From Leucoraja ocellata (lineage: Eukaryota): 64,000 nt of DNA. The stretch covers positions 248,001-312,000 of the forward strand of contig JAWMAR010000243.1 in NCBI GenBank assembly GCA_036785375.1. The letters are read 5' to 3'. Positions 1-14,229 of this stretch are shown one piece after another. Position 1 is the first letter of the stretch; each line of letters begins with the position of its first letter. Position numbers and translations under genes: made by a program. The notes under the pieces are model-generated. The model searched no databases and was not told where the DNA came from. It worked only from the letters and a program-made list of their open reading frames with translations.

Positions 1-139
1 GTATGTGGCGGCTGATGGGGTGGAACTCTCTCTCCCTGTTGTGATTGGGGGGGGGGGGGGGGGGAGGGGGAGCAAGAGGGTTACCGAGGAGGCCCTTGTG
101 AGGGATTCGTCTATGATGGAAGAGGGAAACTCCCGTTCC

Positions 140-245
140 CTAAAGACTATCAGTCAGTAGAACGGTCTCAACCTGAAACGCTACCCACTCCTATCCAGAA
201 ATGCTGCCTGTCCTGCTGAGTTACTCCAGCATTTTGTGTCTATCG
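140..245 (+). repeat. Penelope-derived short repeat fragment
   Basis: ctgaaacg...tccagaaatgctgcctgtcctgctgagttactccagcattttgtgtc, shared with many copies in the window. Confidence 0.6.
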
Positions 246-2599
246 GTAATAATGGAACTTTGATCAAAATGTGATGCTTTCATTGTCGGATGGATTCTTA
301 TTGCCAAACGATAACTGAATGCAGCCAATGTAGTTTAGTTCATTTTTCTCCTACCTCATTGAGGTGTTTTGCAAGGGTTATGTCAAAATCATTGCAATGC
401 CTGAGCTTGTCATCTTCACCATGGCTGGTTGTAACATTATAATTGAAAATGAGGCATTACTTATCAAAGTCCTTCTGTTACTAGCTGCTTTGTTTTGCTT
501 CCTGCCCAGACAATGGTCTGCTTTCACTGTTGTTTAGTGATCCTCCCTTGTAAGCTAGTTTCAAGTGAACAAGGATACTTTCGTTGACACATGCCCACTG
601 AATAGTTGGTGAGAGAAATGTGGTTGGGGGAGGTGGGGGGGAGAGAAAACTACATCCTTGTAAATTGCACTTTGCTGAGCCCGTCTGATTGGAGCACAGT
701 CTTCACTAAAGGATATTGGCACAGTAATGATCAAAATGACAGTTAATCCTGTTGTCATCTATGATTTTTCATGCCAGATTTGTGTCTGTGTTGGTGCAAA
801 TTCAGCATGAAAATGGCTGAATTGCATTTGCTTCAGCTGCACAGCTTTTAAAGAGACCAACTGAATAGGCACTTACATTAGTGGAGTATTGGATCTGACT
901 GCAGGAACTGTCCATTGACAAAATCAGTTTGAGCTTGTGATGGGGTTTATTTTATTGCTTTAAAACCTCTTACCAAAACTCTGAGTCTTATCTCTATCAA
1001 GCAAAACTTAACTCTGCGATGTAATCTTGTCACTTGAAATGTCTTTAAAATTCAATATTGTGCCCACGCAAGCGACATTAATGTGCTCTGTGTGCTTCGG
1101 GTGTGCTCTCGTGAAAGGATACACGGTGACCAGCTTGGGTAAGTACTTCAGTGTGAATTCTAAAATAGTGTAATGCCTACAAGAAGCTGAAGTGCTTTTA
1201 GTGGATTTTGTGTAATCTGATTATTTTTTTTTTAATTTGTGGGATCATTTTGTAACCTTCTCTAAAAATAAAGTAAAAATTGATTTTTAGTATTAATTTG
1301 GATTACATCACGGTTGTTTGCAATGTGATTTTGTTTTGAGTTGGTATCCATAACTGTAGTTCATTGTTTTACACAGAGTTGGTAATTGGCTTTGACTGTA
1401 GATCTAGTAAGTGAAAAGTGGGCTGGATACTGATTTTAAAAATGTGTTGTGCACAGTATAACTCCTACGTAGTGTAAATTAATATTAAGAATATCATGAG
1501 TGTTTTTTGCCTTTCAGTATAGAAATGATTGTTGGACTGCAGCTGCTGAGTGGCTGAACAGAAAGCTGCATGTATTTTACTTGCAGATGATTTCATGTCA
1601 TGAATAGTGCAATTTCTGTTTGCATGGAATCACTGATCCAGGCCAAGCTGTACCAAACTTTTGCTTGTGTGTTTTTTTTTGCCTCTCCTGTTTTTCCTCA
1701 ACTACTGTCACATTGACAGATACAAGCTGTGGGAAGCAAATGAGCAAACATGTTAGAACCTACCTTTAATTTTTTTGAAAACTCAACATTTTGAATGATA
1801 ATTTGGGACATGTAGCTAACATCCTTTGCTCACTGCCAGAAATCCGGCAATATGCTGCAGATCATGATCACAATATGATGAAATCGTACACCATATCAAC
1901 AACCACAACCCGTTCTGCCTTACTGGCCATTAATACAATTATTTCGCATTTACCTCCTGCCAGTCTTTTTCACCCATTCCCCCACAGCCACCACTGAATG
2001 CTAAATTTGTATCTTCAAGAAGTGTGAACGTGTATGCAATCCAAGAGAGGATTTCAAATTGAGATGTTTTTTGTGACTGGATAGCTGTTAACAATGGGTT
2101 CCACAAGACTTGGCCCCTTTTGTTTTGCACAGTAATTAATGGATAAAAATGTAGTGGGCATGGTAAAGTTGGTAAAGAATGATCCATAACTTGGCTGTAT
2201 TGTTGACTGAGAGGAGGAATTATTTTTGATGTCAAGACAAGATAGATGATTTGATTAGTTGGTAAAAATTGGGTAATGGAATTGAATCGAGTATGTGTTC
2301 TAATGTGTCTCAGGAGGTGCAACAAGACAAAGAATATCCAATAACTGGGAGGATATTGGAAGAAACAGAGGGACATTAAAATTTAAGTGCACATATCCTT
2401 AAATGTCGATAATGTAATGACCAAGGAAGAAGCAAGTTCGGTATTTCAACAGCGCATGCCCAAGTCATAGGTCACTCGAGATAAACATTCTTAGCAGCTG
2501 GTATACAGACCTGCATTTCATCCGTAGTCAGGATTGAACCCGGGTCTCCGGCGCTGCAATTGCTGTTGAATTGCTACTGGAGTTAGATAATGTAGAACA

Positions 2600-3270
2600 A
2601 GTGTGAACAGGTGATCTCACTACCGTCCACGTCACATCCCTGTCTGGGGGCGGCCGGAGATGTCCGGGGCGACGGGACACCAGCCTGGAACAGTGGCAAT
2701 CCCAGGCTTACAGCCAGCACGGAGAAGAAACGCAAACTCGAACTCAACTCTGATCCAACTCTCGAGGAACCCATTCCCCGACGGGCCGGGGACCGTTAGC
2801 TGCACCTCTCGCCTTATCCAGTGGCTGTTGGTTATTATACAGGGGTGAGCCAGCCACACACCCTTCTCCTGCATAACCCCAGGAGACAGATTTGTGAGCA
2901 GAGTCTCACTACCGCGAACCATAGCTCCGCGATGCCGATGCAGCAGGCCCAGGTGAGGCATCGCCCGCTCTGCGATGTATCCAGCGATGCATTGCCGCTG
3001 CTGAAGCTGTGGTCCAGTCCCGGCAGGAAAGGCCGCCGCGCCAATCCAGCTGGTAGGTCGCGAGGAAGGGGGCGAGAACGCGACTCGGGTTATAGTTGCA
3101 TCCTCGCCAGGAAGCGACTGAAGGACAGTTTCCCCCTTACCATACCCTCTTCCCCCCACATAAAACACCCAAAAAAAACTATTGAACATACTTTCAACAT
3201 AACAAAAAATAAAAAAAGATACCAGGCTGAAGGCGGAGGCAGCCAGCAACAGCGCCACCGGATGAAGTGA
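2600..3270. repeat. GC/CpG-rich interspersed repeat-like block, family unassigned
   Basis: Abrupt rise in GC and CpG within AT-rich sequence; overlapping ORFs without recognisable domains. Confidence 0.35.
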
Positions 3271-3499
3271 GATAGAAATAAAATCGAATTAATGTTCATA
3301 AAAGAGCGACCCCTGTCCGCTATTGAGTTGACAGAATTCTAGATGAATTCATTGGTAGAATACTTAACAATTTATACGCAATTTATAGGCCAGTGCTTTG
3401 TTCGCTTTTGTTTTTCACGAATGAACTTTGACAAATCCCATGATTCCTTGCGTTTTTCGGAAAACCAAACTCGCTTATTCAGGACATTTTTATTTTAAC

Positions 3500-3803
3500 T
3501 TTACAGATACAGCGCAAATACTGGCCCTTCAGCCCACCGACTCCGTGACGACCAGTGATCACCCCATACACTAGCACTATCCTACACACTAGGGACCATT
3601 CACATTTTTTCTTAATCAAAGCTAATTAACATAAACTTGTATGTCTTTTGAGTGGGGGAGGAAACCAGACCATCCGGAGAAAACCCACACGGTCACAGGG
3701 AGAACGTACAAACTTTGTACAGACAGCACCCATAGTCATAGTCAGAACTTGGATCTCTAGCACTGCAAAGCAGCAAATCTACTGCTGTGCCACAGTGCCG
3801 CCC
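3500..3803 (-). mobile_element. tRNA-derived SINE (HE1/V-SINE-like)
   Basis: Reverse strand begins gggcggcactgtggcacagcagtag (tRNA-like head), has a V-SINE-like core and a CR1-like tail (gggctgaagggcc). Confidence 0.75.
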
Positions 3804-4409
3804 CTAAATGAACCAAGTAAAGTAGCACATGGAGCATGCTGAATTATACTCTGTACAATGCTTAAGCCACAGCTTGACTTTCATGCAAAGTGCCTGTCAC
3901 ACATTATAAAAAATGATTGCATTGGAGAAAGGTTTGGAGATTTACTGGGATTACGGAACATCGAAATACTGGATAAATTAGGGATTCATTTGTTACAGAA
4001 GAGGCTTGTGGAAGATTTAAGATTTAAATTTAGAAGTCTAGAACAGGCCTATTTTATTGGGCGGGTTAAAAAACAGCAATTGGTGGAGGAATTAATCTTT
4101 CCATTTACAGGACAACTCAAATCTGAACCTCTACCTGAAAGAGGTAGAAATCCTCATCTGACAAATGTATATTTGTGTGCGTCAAGCCATGGTCTCCGGT
4201 TCATGTGCCAGGAGGGTTTTGTTTGGGTAGCTCACTTTTGACTGAATTGGACACAATAGGTTGAATAATATTCTTTATCTTAAGTATTCTGTGAGTCAAT
4301 GTACTTTGTAAATTTGCTGTGTATTTACACCCTGGAAAAAGTTATTGAAATAAAATAGATCAAGAAATAGGTTATGAAGTACAGGCATCTGTATAGGCAA
4401 CAACAGCAT

Positions 4410-4790
4410 CTAAATCAACTGGGGAAATAGGCCAAGTCATTGAAGATGCCCTTTAACTCGAGCAAATGCAAAGTCATGCATTTTGGAAAGTTAAACCAGG
4501 GCAGGACATTGTATGACAGGGCCCTGGGAATATTGTAGAGCAGGATCCAAGATGAGCAGTATTCGGTTTTGTGAAAGTGGCAACTCAGATACTTGATGGT
4601 GGAGAAGGCATACTGCCCACTTGCCTTCATTGGACAGGGCATTGAGTACAAGGATTGGGGTGTTATATTATAGCTGTACAAAATGATGTGGAAACTAAAC
4701 CTGGAATATTGTATACAACTCTGGTCACTATAACTAGAGGAAGGATATGAATAAGCTCAAATATATTCACATGGATGTCGACTTGACAGG
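4410..4790 (+). mobile_element. Degenerate CR1 LINE ORF2 3' fragment
   Basis: aaatgcaaagtcatgcattttgga (KCKVMHFG), gggcattgagtacaagg, ctggaatattgtatacaactctggtc. Confidence 0.7.
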
Positions 4791-6539
4791 TTAATAATGT
4801 TATGTGCACTTTTCATTAAGATCTTAAACTTGAATAGTAGAAACAGTACATCTTTTGTATTGAAACTTTATTTTACATGAGTAGAATTGATCCCTTGATT
4901 ATGAATTCTGTACTACAAAACAGACTCATGTGCAATTTTGTGAAGTCTCTGTGTGCAATATTTTTGATCTCGGGGCGTATTTTGAAGACATGTTGGAAAG
5001 TGTTTTTCGAGATGCATGTTACATTTGATACACAAAACGTGTCTGCTGTTCCTCCACCATATCTGTTCATCCTCCTGCAGCACACTAGTAACGTAGGTGG
5101 GTTTCTAATAAGTGAAACAAGTTATCAGTCATTAAGTAGGGAAATATGCGGGATGATTGGACAGTCTTGATGTGTATGTAGAAGTGCTCTTGAACATTCG
5201 TTCCAAAGAATGCTGCTCAGGCAGTTGATGCAACCATCATCAGTGATGATAAAGAACAGTGGAATTTCTATAAAAAATTCAAGATAATTTCCCCTCTACC
5301 TTCTGCAGGAATACAAAGGAGAAATATATAAAACTGTCATCAAAATCCCATTTAATTAAAATAATTTGGTCTATTATAATTCATAATTCAGAATATATCT
5401 TTAAATCTTCAACATTCTATTAAATTCCTAACATTCTGTTCTCCCCGTGGGAATTTTATTGTAGTTCTATTGATTTGTTATTTTTGAGTAAAGTGCCTTG
5501 AACTACTCTTGTAATTGCAGGCAAAAGTAAGCAGCATGTGGTCTTGCTTCTTTTTAAGATTGAGAAATAGTTTAATTATTTTGATCTTTGTCATTGTTGA
5601 ATTGAAATTGTGGCTCATTCACAGCTTCAATAGAATTGACCTCTACGCAAGTACAATTGTTGATGTTACTTATCCAAAACGCTGGCATATGAATTCTTCA
5701 CTTTACTTTATGGAGTTCAAGCAAGTGCTAACCATATAAAGCAGATGCAATTAGGTAACATGATAGTTTTTACAAAAGTTATTAACATAGTTTAAGTCCC
5801 TCATTAATGCCTGACTATTCATTACACTGAAACAGTAAATTATATAACTTGCACAATTTGAAGACTTTTTTTTAAATTTAGCATGTGAAGTTTGTTATTG
5901 GCCTCCTTTTTTGTATTCTTATTGTTGATTACAACTTAACCTTGGTTCAGAGAGCTCAAGTTCCCAGCGTTGCTGACCACTGCATAGTTTGAGAAAAGAA
6001 AAGACATTGAAGGGAAAATGTTTTTTTGCAACATGTCTTGAGTAGTAATTGTGCTTACTGGCAGACAAAAACGATCTGCAGTTGAGCACAAAGGGGGAAA
6101 TGTGTACATGGCACATGTCCCAGCCTAACTCTGTTTTCACAACATTCAATGCAGGATAAATGGGCACTCTGTCCTGCTGTTCTCATGTCGAGTAATGCTG
6201 ACTCAGGCTGATTTGCTTATAAAATACCAAGCCGTGCTACCATAAATGGTAATGAAGCAATGAAAGTGACAGAATCTGATTCACTGATACTAGTCGCTTA
6301 TTGACTAATTTCAGAGCTAACTTTAGGAAATCAGTTTCCTGAGTCATATAAGATGTACCGTGTTAAGCTGAGGAAGCAATGATTTTTAAAACATTTTTTT
6401 TTTAATGATGAGCAAATGTTTTCCCCCGAAATTTATATTAGCTGGTTTGGATTGAATACCAGATAATGGGTTGGAAGATATTCCAAAAAGTGAATTGATG
6501 AGCTTGGGGAAGGTGTGTGGACAACTGGTTAACTATGTA

Positions 6540-6640
6540 TTCAAGAAGGTAGACAAAAATGTTGGAGAAACTCAGCGGGTGCAGCAGCATCTATGAAGCG
6601 AAGGAAATGGGTAACGTTTCGGGCCGAAACCCTTCTTCAG
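6540..6640. mobile_element. Penelope-derived short insertion with 16-bp TSD
   Basis: actggttaactatgta at 6524-6539 and 6641-6656 flanks gtagacaaaaatgttggag...gaaacccttcttcag. Confidence 0.75.
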
Positions 6641-8179
6641 ACTGGTTAACTATGTAGTTCAGTGGCTTTGATGGTAAACTGAGATATGGGTTTTTTTCTG
6701 CAAATGGTATGATACTGATCATGTGTACATTTTTTCTAATTTGATACATGCATGAATAATTTTTCATCCAGTCATGTTAGAGCAGGCAATATATACTTTC
6801 TGGTACTGCTTAAAATTTGAAGACTTTTATTCCATGCTGCACAGTATTCTTGTGTGAAATAGGCAGAAATCATGAAGAAATTAGACCAACATTGCTGCTT
6901 GTATCTTAGATTAGTTTAATTGATGCTATACTTATGCTATCTGAAGCCTTGTCAATATTACTTTATTCATTGATTACTCGTATGGGGAAGCATCATGGGT
7001 GTCCATCTAATTAAAAACAAAGTTATAATTTGATATAGATCTGCTTTACTTTTAAGTTCAGATTGCCCCAACTTGCTCGGATAAAACGGGGAGCGGGGAA
7101 TGTGTCACTGCTGTCACTGCCGCCATGCTTTCACCGCACGACTGCTCCCGGCAGCATCTCAAGCTTCAGCCTTGTGCAGCTGTTATTGACCACTTTTTTT
7201 CCGACACATTTGTTAGTTACTACACGTACCAATCGCAGCCATGGCTTACCACTGGGTCCTGTATTATGCGCACACAAACACACATTTTGTGTGCGAATGG
7301 GGGGAAAAGGGGACATGATGTTTCTATTGATACGACGGCTGCAACAGGCCTTCATAGCCACCTACCGTTGGCACCGTGAAATGGCTCCAACACCTGGCAA
7401 CTATTGCATATAGACTCGGTGCCTGTTTCTGTGCCTTATGTGCTAACCGGGCAGTGTACTTGGGTACGGCAATAATCGCTCTGATCGCTATGCAAAATAT
7501 TTTCACTATACCTAGGTAGACATGACGATGAAGGAACTATTGTGTCCACACATTTATGCATGTGAGTGTGTGGTGTAAATCAAACGCTATTCCATTTGGT
7601 AACTGCAGCTTATGGGAGCGGACGGCGCTGTTTGCTTCAGATGCACCTTGACTGACTAATTCCGGATAAGAGTTAGCTGCTCGGTCAGTGACTATCATGA
7701 TAACAGCAGGCATGTGTACCCATCCGCTGGCAGGCTCACTGTAACTGTCTGAAGTAAAGTTGTAGTAACGGGTCCCCCGTACCTGCCCCGGATGTGAAAT
7801 ACCAATATGTGTGGGTGTAGATAGGGATATGGGAATAGTATCCGGGAAAGTGGTGACAGTATAGGGGGTTGCACGTAAGGTCATCGGGTGAAAGGGCGTG
7901 ACGCTCGGAGCACCTCAATCCATGTGGAAGACATGGCGGCCTCGGTATACACTGTTAACACACGAAATGCGTACTTTCTTACCTGTTAAAAATCGCCGAA
8001 ATAGTCATTTTTTGCGCTGTAAATAATTGTGGGTGCTGTCATTGAATGCGGGAAGGTATCAGGTTTAAACTGGTGTTATCTCATGGTGTTGCGCCTTTTA
8101 CAATCCGCGACTAATAGCCGCATTAATTGTCATGTCCACACAGCACCATCTCTATAAGCCTTCGCTATATAAAGCAAAC

Positions 8180-8950
8180 TCAAAGTCGGAGCACTTTGAT
8201 TGCAATATTGTGGGGGAGGGGTTTGGGTGACTGAGCGCTCAGAACCAAATGCTCTAGTATCTTTGCTCTGAACCCGAGCACCAAGATGAAAGTGGCCAAG
8301 GGCGTGCATCCCTTGGGACAGCCCCCTCTCTCCCTCCCGAGGCTAGCGCTGTCCGGCCACGGCCGCTCTTCCCCCCCCCCCCCCCCCCCATCTCCCCCTG
8401 TGGGCCGCATTGTCGGGCTGTGGGTCGGCAGCGCCCACACACGGGGCCGGGTGGAGCGGGGCCACGGCTCAGGGCTCTGCTCCCTCCGCCCACCCAGAGT
8501 CACTGATCGCGCTGCACGGACACCCCGACCTCTCCCTCCCCTCACCCGACACGACTACCCTCCCTGACCTCCTCCCCTGCGACCCCCTCCCCCTGCAACC
8601 CCTTCCTCCCACCGACCCTCCCCACCCGCGGCCGCGGGGATAGACAACCTGGGGTCCGCGAGTGTGCAACCAGTCCGGATGCTGGGCCAGAAGAAGGGCC
8701 TGCTGTGCTGGCAGCCATAGCAAATGCTTACCTGCAATTCATCGCATGTACTCCAGTTGGTGTTGCGTGGCAACAGTATGGGTCGCGACCTCGACTGCGT
8801 GCAACCTCCCTATTGAGGGTTAACCGGCGGGGCTGTGTTGTCGGTGAGGAATTTTGCCTACTGGGGTCGCTGCTCAGCGTGTGTTGCCCACTAGCCTAGC
8901 GCGCGGCCCAATTGGGAGCAATTGATCCAATTGGTTTAAGGCTGGCCCTG
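8180..8950 (-). mobile_element. GC-rich non-autonomous DNA transposon-like element with a hAT-type terminus
   Basis: Reverse complement of the right end reads cagggccagccttaaaccaattggatcaattgctcccaattggg (CAGGGCC hAT-like TIR); matching left TIR not found. Confidence 0.45.
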
Positions 8951-9978
8951 ATTATAATAGAGCATGCAGTTGGCTGTAGGACATGCAGAGAAGCAGTGAA
9001 AATTCAATTTTGATGACTGGTATCCATTTAGAATTTCAGCAAACTTCTTAATCTAGCCCATCCTCGAAGGAATCTTGCTGTAGACGGTTGTTTTGGTTTC
9101 ATTTGTACTCAATGGTTTCTCTTTGTCGTTTGAATTACAAAAACATATCACATGCCAAGGCTTGTTATTTATTTATTGAAGATAACGGCTGTGATAAACC
9201 ACTATGCTTGGTGACTTTTTTCATTAAAGGATATTTTATCATTTATTTGGCTTCCAGTGCCATTGGACTGAATAGTCAGATGACTGAATTCCCTGAAATT
9301 GTAGTTTGCATGCCATCGCCTAAATACTGTTTTGCTCCTTGGCACAATTTCTTGATAGGTGGCAGGTATCAAACTGATTCCAACCACAACACAAAATGGC
9401 ATGCAAGGCCACCTTTAGAATTCACAATCATTGGATTGGTCATTGGAACAGATGACCTCTTCATTACTAAGTTAATCATCTTCGCTTGGAAAATCTCCAG
9501 CTAGCAAGGCCCAATCTGACCTGACACCAAATGTTTTAGAAGAATGTAACCTCAACCCAAATCTGACATTTGAAAATCCTGCTGAACTCTCGTTGGATAG
9601 CAAGGCTCTGTGTAGGTCACTGATTTTTGTACTGCACGCTCTTTATTTTTGTTGTATGTTTCTTCCTACAGCCATGTAGTTAAATCTACAATGTTTGCCA
9701 CAAATTAATCTGAGTGAATTAGTTCAGAATAATTCCCTTCATTAGTTCTGTTGCACATCAAACTCAATAGTTATGTGAGATGACCTTGCTGCTACTTGTC
9801 ATTTGGTCCATATCTATTTTATGAGAATAAATGCAGATTGATGCACTGCAATATTTTAAATCTATCTTGCTAAGAACATGGAGGGGAAATTCAATTGAAC
9901 TGACCAAATTATGATGCATTCCGATACAGTAAATAGGATGAACATGTTCTTGCTGCTCGCACTTGCAGTTTGATAAGT

Positions 9979-10111
9979 CAGTCTGAAGAAGGGTCTCAAT
10001 CTGAAACGTCACCCATTCCTTCTCTCCAGAGATGCTGCCTGTCCTGCTGAGTTACTCCAGCATTTTGTGTCAACCTTCGATTTAAACCAGCATCTGTAGT
10101 TCTTTCCTACA
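9979..10111. mobile_element. Penelope-derived short insertion with 13-bp TSD
   Basis: cagtttgataagt (9966-9978) and cagtttgacaagt (10112-10124) flank cagtctgaagaagggtc...ctttcctaca. Confidence 0.75.
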
Positions 10112-11324
10112 CAGTTTGACAAGTGGCAAATAAAAATAAGGGAGATAGGAATTTTAATGTATACCATTTGAAAAAAAAACAACTCCTCTTTAGCATGCTG
10201 GAAGCATGTTCCAAAGTAACATGGATATATACTTGAAAAGGGAAAAAGGTGGGTTGTGAGAACATACGGTAAAAATATGATTCGATATCTCTCTCTATAA
10301 GAATAAGTGAGTGAAACAGCATGGTGCTGTGAATCATTTCAGGTAAAGTTAATGCCTTAATCTCTACGTTCCAGTAATGCTTTCTAAACTTTATAAAGGT
10401 TTAAATTATTCATTTTCGTACTGCGTCGTTATTGAATAGGTTGAATTATGGCCACATTTCTTTGACAGAGCTTACTGTCCGACCAGCCATCTGATACCTT
10501 CAGACATTCATGTGTTGAAATACTTAGCCAGGCCACCTGCTGTGACTGATGATACCAAAAAGGTGCAGTGCAGGCAATTATCTCTTCATCTGCAGATAAA
10601 CTGCTGAAATTCTGTTAGTTGTAATGTTATTAACTATAACATATGACACTATTAAAGGTAACAGTTCTAATATGACTCCATACTTTGAAGAATTGATGTT
10701 TTAATCCGTGAATGGCTCCATTGACCGTACTGCAGTGGGAGCTCTAGGATATGTGCATAATTCAAAACTATCTAAATTTCCTTGGCATTGCTTAACAGCA
10801 AGGCATGGTATACAGTGCCTATTGCCATCCGTTATAGTGAGTCATCAAACTACTGCTTGTACCAATGCTAAGCTTCACATTAGCAGCAAGTTCACAGTAC
10901 TGTGTTTAGAAGTCTCATTTCTAATTTGGTTAGCATTTAACTGCATCAGTCAAAAGGTTCATTCATTCATTCAAGTGTGCAGCCTGAATGTTAATAGCTG
11001 TGCTGTTCATTTGCATTCAGTGCACAAAAGTTCTGGGTCTTGTACAGATTGAGCCAGCCATAAGGTTTTTTTTATCCTTTAAGAAAAACTACAGGTAATT
11101 TGTGCTGCCGCGTTTTGAAATGGCTTTAATATTGAAACAAATGTTTATAATTGTAAGAGATTTTTGTTTGCCTTTGAATTGTGGAGTAGTATCAACATTG
11201 ACATGTCGATTTTCCTTTTCTCTTTGCCATTTCCTATTTCCCCACCCGACATCCCAACCCTGTATTTGCAGTTTTATTTTGATGTCGTTGTGAGTCTTGC
11301 AAGGATCAGATCTGCACCTTTACC

Positions 11325-12159
11325 ATGGCTCAGATTCTCCATCTTGAAATTCCAAATTTTGGGAACAATGTCCTAGGATGCCTGAACGAGCAGCGGTTGA
11401 TGGGGTTATTTTGTGATGTCTCCATTGTGGTCAAAGGTCAAGCCTTCAAGGCACATAGAGCTGTGCTGGCTGCCAACAGCCTCTATTTCCGCGACTTGTT
11501 CAGTGGCAACAGCAAGAATGCATTTGAGCTACCCGCCACTGTGCCGCCCACCTGCTTTCAGCAAATCCTTTCCTTCTGTTACACCGGCAAACTTACCATG
11601 GCGGCCAGTGAGCAGCTGGTGGTGATGTACACAGCAGGCTTCTTGCAAATACAGCGTATTGTTGAGAAAGGGACTGAGCTGATGTTCAAAGTGAGCTCCC
11701 CGCACTGTGACTCTCAGACGACCTCCATAGAAGATGCTGTCTCTGAACCGCAAAGTCCTTGTCCCCTCCAGCCACCTGCCACCTTGACCGTTGTGTCCCC
11801 AATTTTGCCCATTCCGCTGCTTTCCCGGGTGAAGAGTGAGCACTGCGAGCCAGATCTGATGACACCTGGTATTCATGCTCTCACCACAAAGCGCGATGGT
11901 TCCAATAACCATCACTGTTCAACTCCTTTGAAGTTACCTAGAGTTTCCTATCCTGGAACATGGGGTGCCACTACCTTTGTACAGCCAGTAAACTATGCTC
12001 CAGCAGAACGTTCAAGTCCAGGTGGAAGTAGTAATCAGACGACAGACAGTCCAACCTCTTACCAGAATGAAGAGGAGGAAGATGAGGATGAAGCGTATGA
12101 TACCATGACAGAGGATCAGTATGGACAGATGTACATCAAAACATCATCAGGATACCCTG
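11325..12159 (+). CDS. NACC2: NACC2 coding exon 1 (BTB/POZ domain, Ser/Pro-rich linker, acidic stretch)
   Basis: [50 protein letters not shown]...[12 protein letters not shown] matches the NACC2 N-terminus; Kozak accATGG; donor G|gtaaga at 12160 (835 nt, phase 1); probable acceptor tttgcag ending 11271. Confidence 0.96.
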
Positions 12160-12212
12160 GTAAGAAAAGCAGTTTGCATTAACTTTGTTATATGACGTGG
12201 CTCCCTTTATTT

Positions 12213-12428
12213 CAGGGGTTCCCAACCATTTTCATCCCATTTGCCCCTGTCATCTTTAATAGCACATAACAATGTTATTTCACTTATTTATGAACAACTA
12301 ATGATGAACAGATACCAGTATACCAGAACCAAACGCAGTCAGTCAATGAGAAAAAATATGTACAAATCCAGAATCAACAAATTCACCCCCTGGGTAGGTG
12401 AAATTTACCCCAGGTTGGGGAAACCTTG
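12213..12428. mobile_element. hAT (Charlie-like) MITE
   Basis: TIRs caggggttcccaacc / ggttggggaaaccttg; flanks ctttattt and cttttttg (6/8 match to an 8-bp TSD). Confidence 0.7.
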
Positions 12429-14229
12429 CTTTTTTGAGGGGCTGAGAAAGAAGCACCAGCAACACTTGGTCTAAGTGATACAAATCAGAAGCAAAATTAA
12501 ATAACAGCATTTGTTCCAGTAAATGGATTGTAGTATATGTTGTATATAATTATGGTCCACTTAGAATTTGAAAATTCCCTGCTTTATAAGCTCTGCACAT
12601 GATAGGATTTGTTCATATGCATTCCATCTGATCCAAAAAAAAGGTCCATTAGTTTAAGGTAAAAGTAAATTCATTTTCTGGTATCATACAGTAAAAATTA
12701 TATATGGACTTGGACCGAATTCTGATTGGTACAACATCAACTTCACGAAGGCATTGACAGAGTCCCTTCAGCACTTTGTTTTTAGTTCAAAAATAGAAGA
12801 TGCAACTGCCTCAGAAACTAATGAAATGGGATTAGGATATATGTTGAAACTTGTAAGGGGGTTGTTCATTGGAATTCCAACATTTAGTTATAATAATAAT
12901 TTGCACAAATTACTAAAACATGAATGGTACCAAATTTGCAGAAATTGAGCAGTGGAGTTGAAATATTCAGCCAGACCCGCTCAAAGAAAGAATAGATGCC
13001 ACAAAGGCAATTTTTCAGAATGTCAATCCTGAGGGCCAAATGCTTTTGAATTATATTAATTATTTGAATTATTTTTCATTGTATGGGGCATTAAATGTAT
13101 CTTTATGATTGAGACTACAAAGTAGGAACAGGTTATAAAAAGGAAGGAAAATTTAACGAGAAATCCTTTTTATTTGCAGTTATACCAAGTTAGATAGTGA
13201 AGAACAAAACTTAGAAATGGGTGCCAAAGGGGCTGAAGATTTATTTGGATGTTGTGATACCACTAAGAATGGGAAAAAAGGTTATGAAAGCACAAATTAT
13301 GTATTTTATTGTTGTTTACACATTTGAAATTTATGCGAGGAAATTCAACAATTTGGAAAGCCACTTAATTTATTATACAGATCATGCCTCTAATTAGTTA
13401 CTCCATTGCCATATCGGCAGCCACATATTTCTTGAATGATCCAAAGCTTTGCACACACTGTTGTATTCAGAAATCCATTTTGTGTGTCAATCATTAAGGA
13501 ATTTCTTGCTAACAACCTTTAAATTGCTTTTCAATAATGTGCTTTCATGGTTTTCACACTGAACTAACTCCAAGGTCATTCTTGCCCCTTCTCAACTGAA
13601 AGTCCAATTATTTTCAGCCGTTTATTACAACCAAGCCCTTTGATAATTGGAATTAGTGCTGCAATTTTTCTCCACAGTATTTCCATGACACGTGTCTGTC
13701 TAGAATTCCAGTGACCTGAATGGAACATCAGTGCTTCACTCAGACAGTAATCTTCAGTATTTTTATGTAAAAACCTATATTTCTTTGACTTGCATATGGA
13801 TTGATTCGCTTTTATAATTCGGCAGTAGATTACTTTGTTATAGCTTACTTGGCAGTAATAGGACCCTTTTAAATTATGTATATTAATATTACTCCAACTA
13901 TTTGGCCATTTGATATTTTTATTTTTCATTGTACTGTTTATAGACATTTGTATTAAAAATTTAATTGACAGCTATTCTGCCTAATTTAGTATATAGATCC
14001 AAAGCATTCTTAGGTGCCTACGTGCATCTGAAAATTTGATCCACTCGAGTTAAGTTTCTATATCTGAGGTTCTAATGTAAACTATTCTAAGAATTTAAAC
14101 ACTGATCATTGAGCTATTATATTTACTTCATTGCTTTCATTACTTAATTGTACCATTTGCAAGTGTTTTGTACCCTAAAGACAGTTTCTTATCCATTCTT
14201 AAATTTACTCTGATATACTTCAACAAATG

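Noticed and set aside
2632-3270. 208-aa (-) and 149-aa (+) ORFs
   Set aside because: Overlapping ORFs in a GC-rich repeat-like block; no recognisable domain or splice context.
3700-3803. tRNA-like sequences with A/B boxes
   Set aside because: SINE heads, not tRNA genes.
3858-4241. 127-aa ORF
   Set aside because: No recognisable homology; lies between a SINE and a CR1 fragment.
8180-8899. Several Pro/Gly-rich ORFs
   Set aside because: Arise from poly-C/G tracts and high GC content.
12160-12182. ORF-track stop of the 285-aa NACC2 ORF
   Set aside because: Read-through into the intron; the donor at 12160 continues the frame into the next exon.
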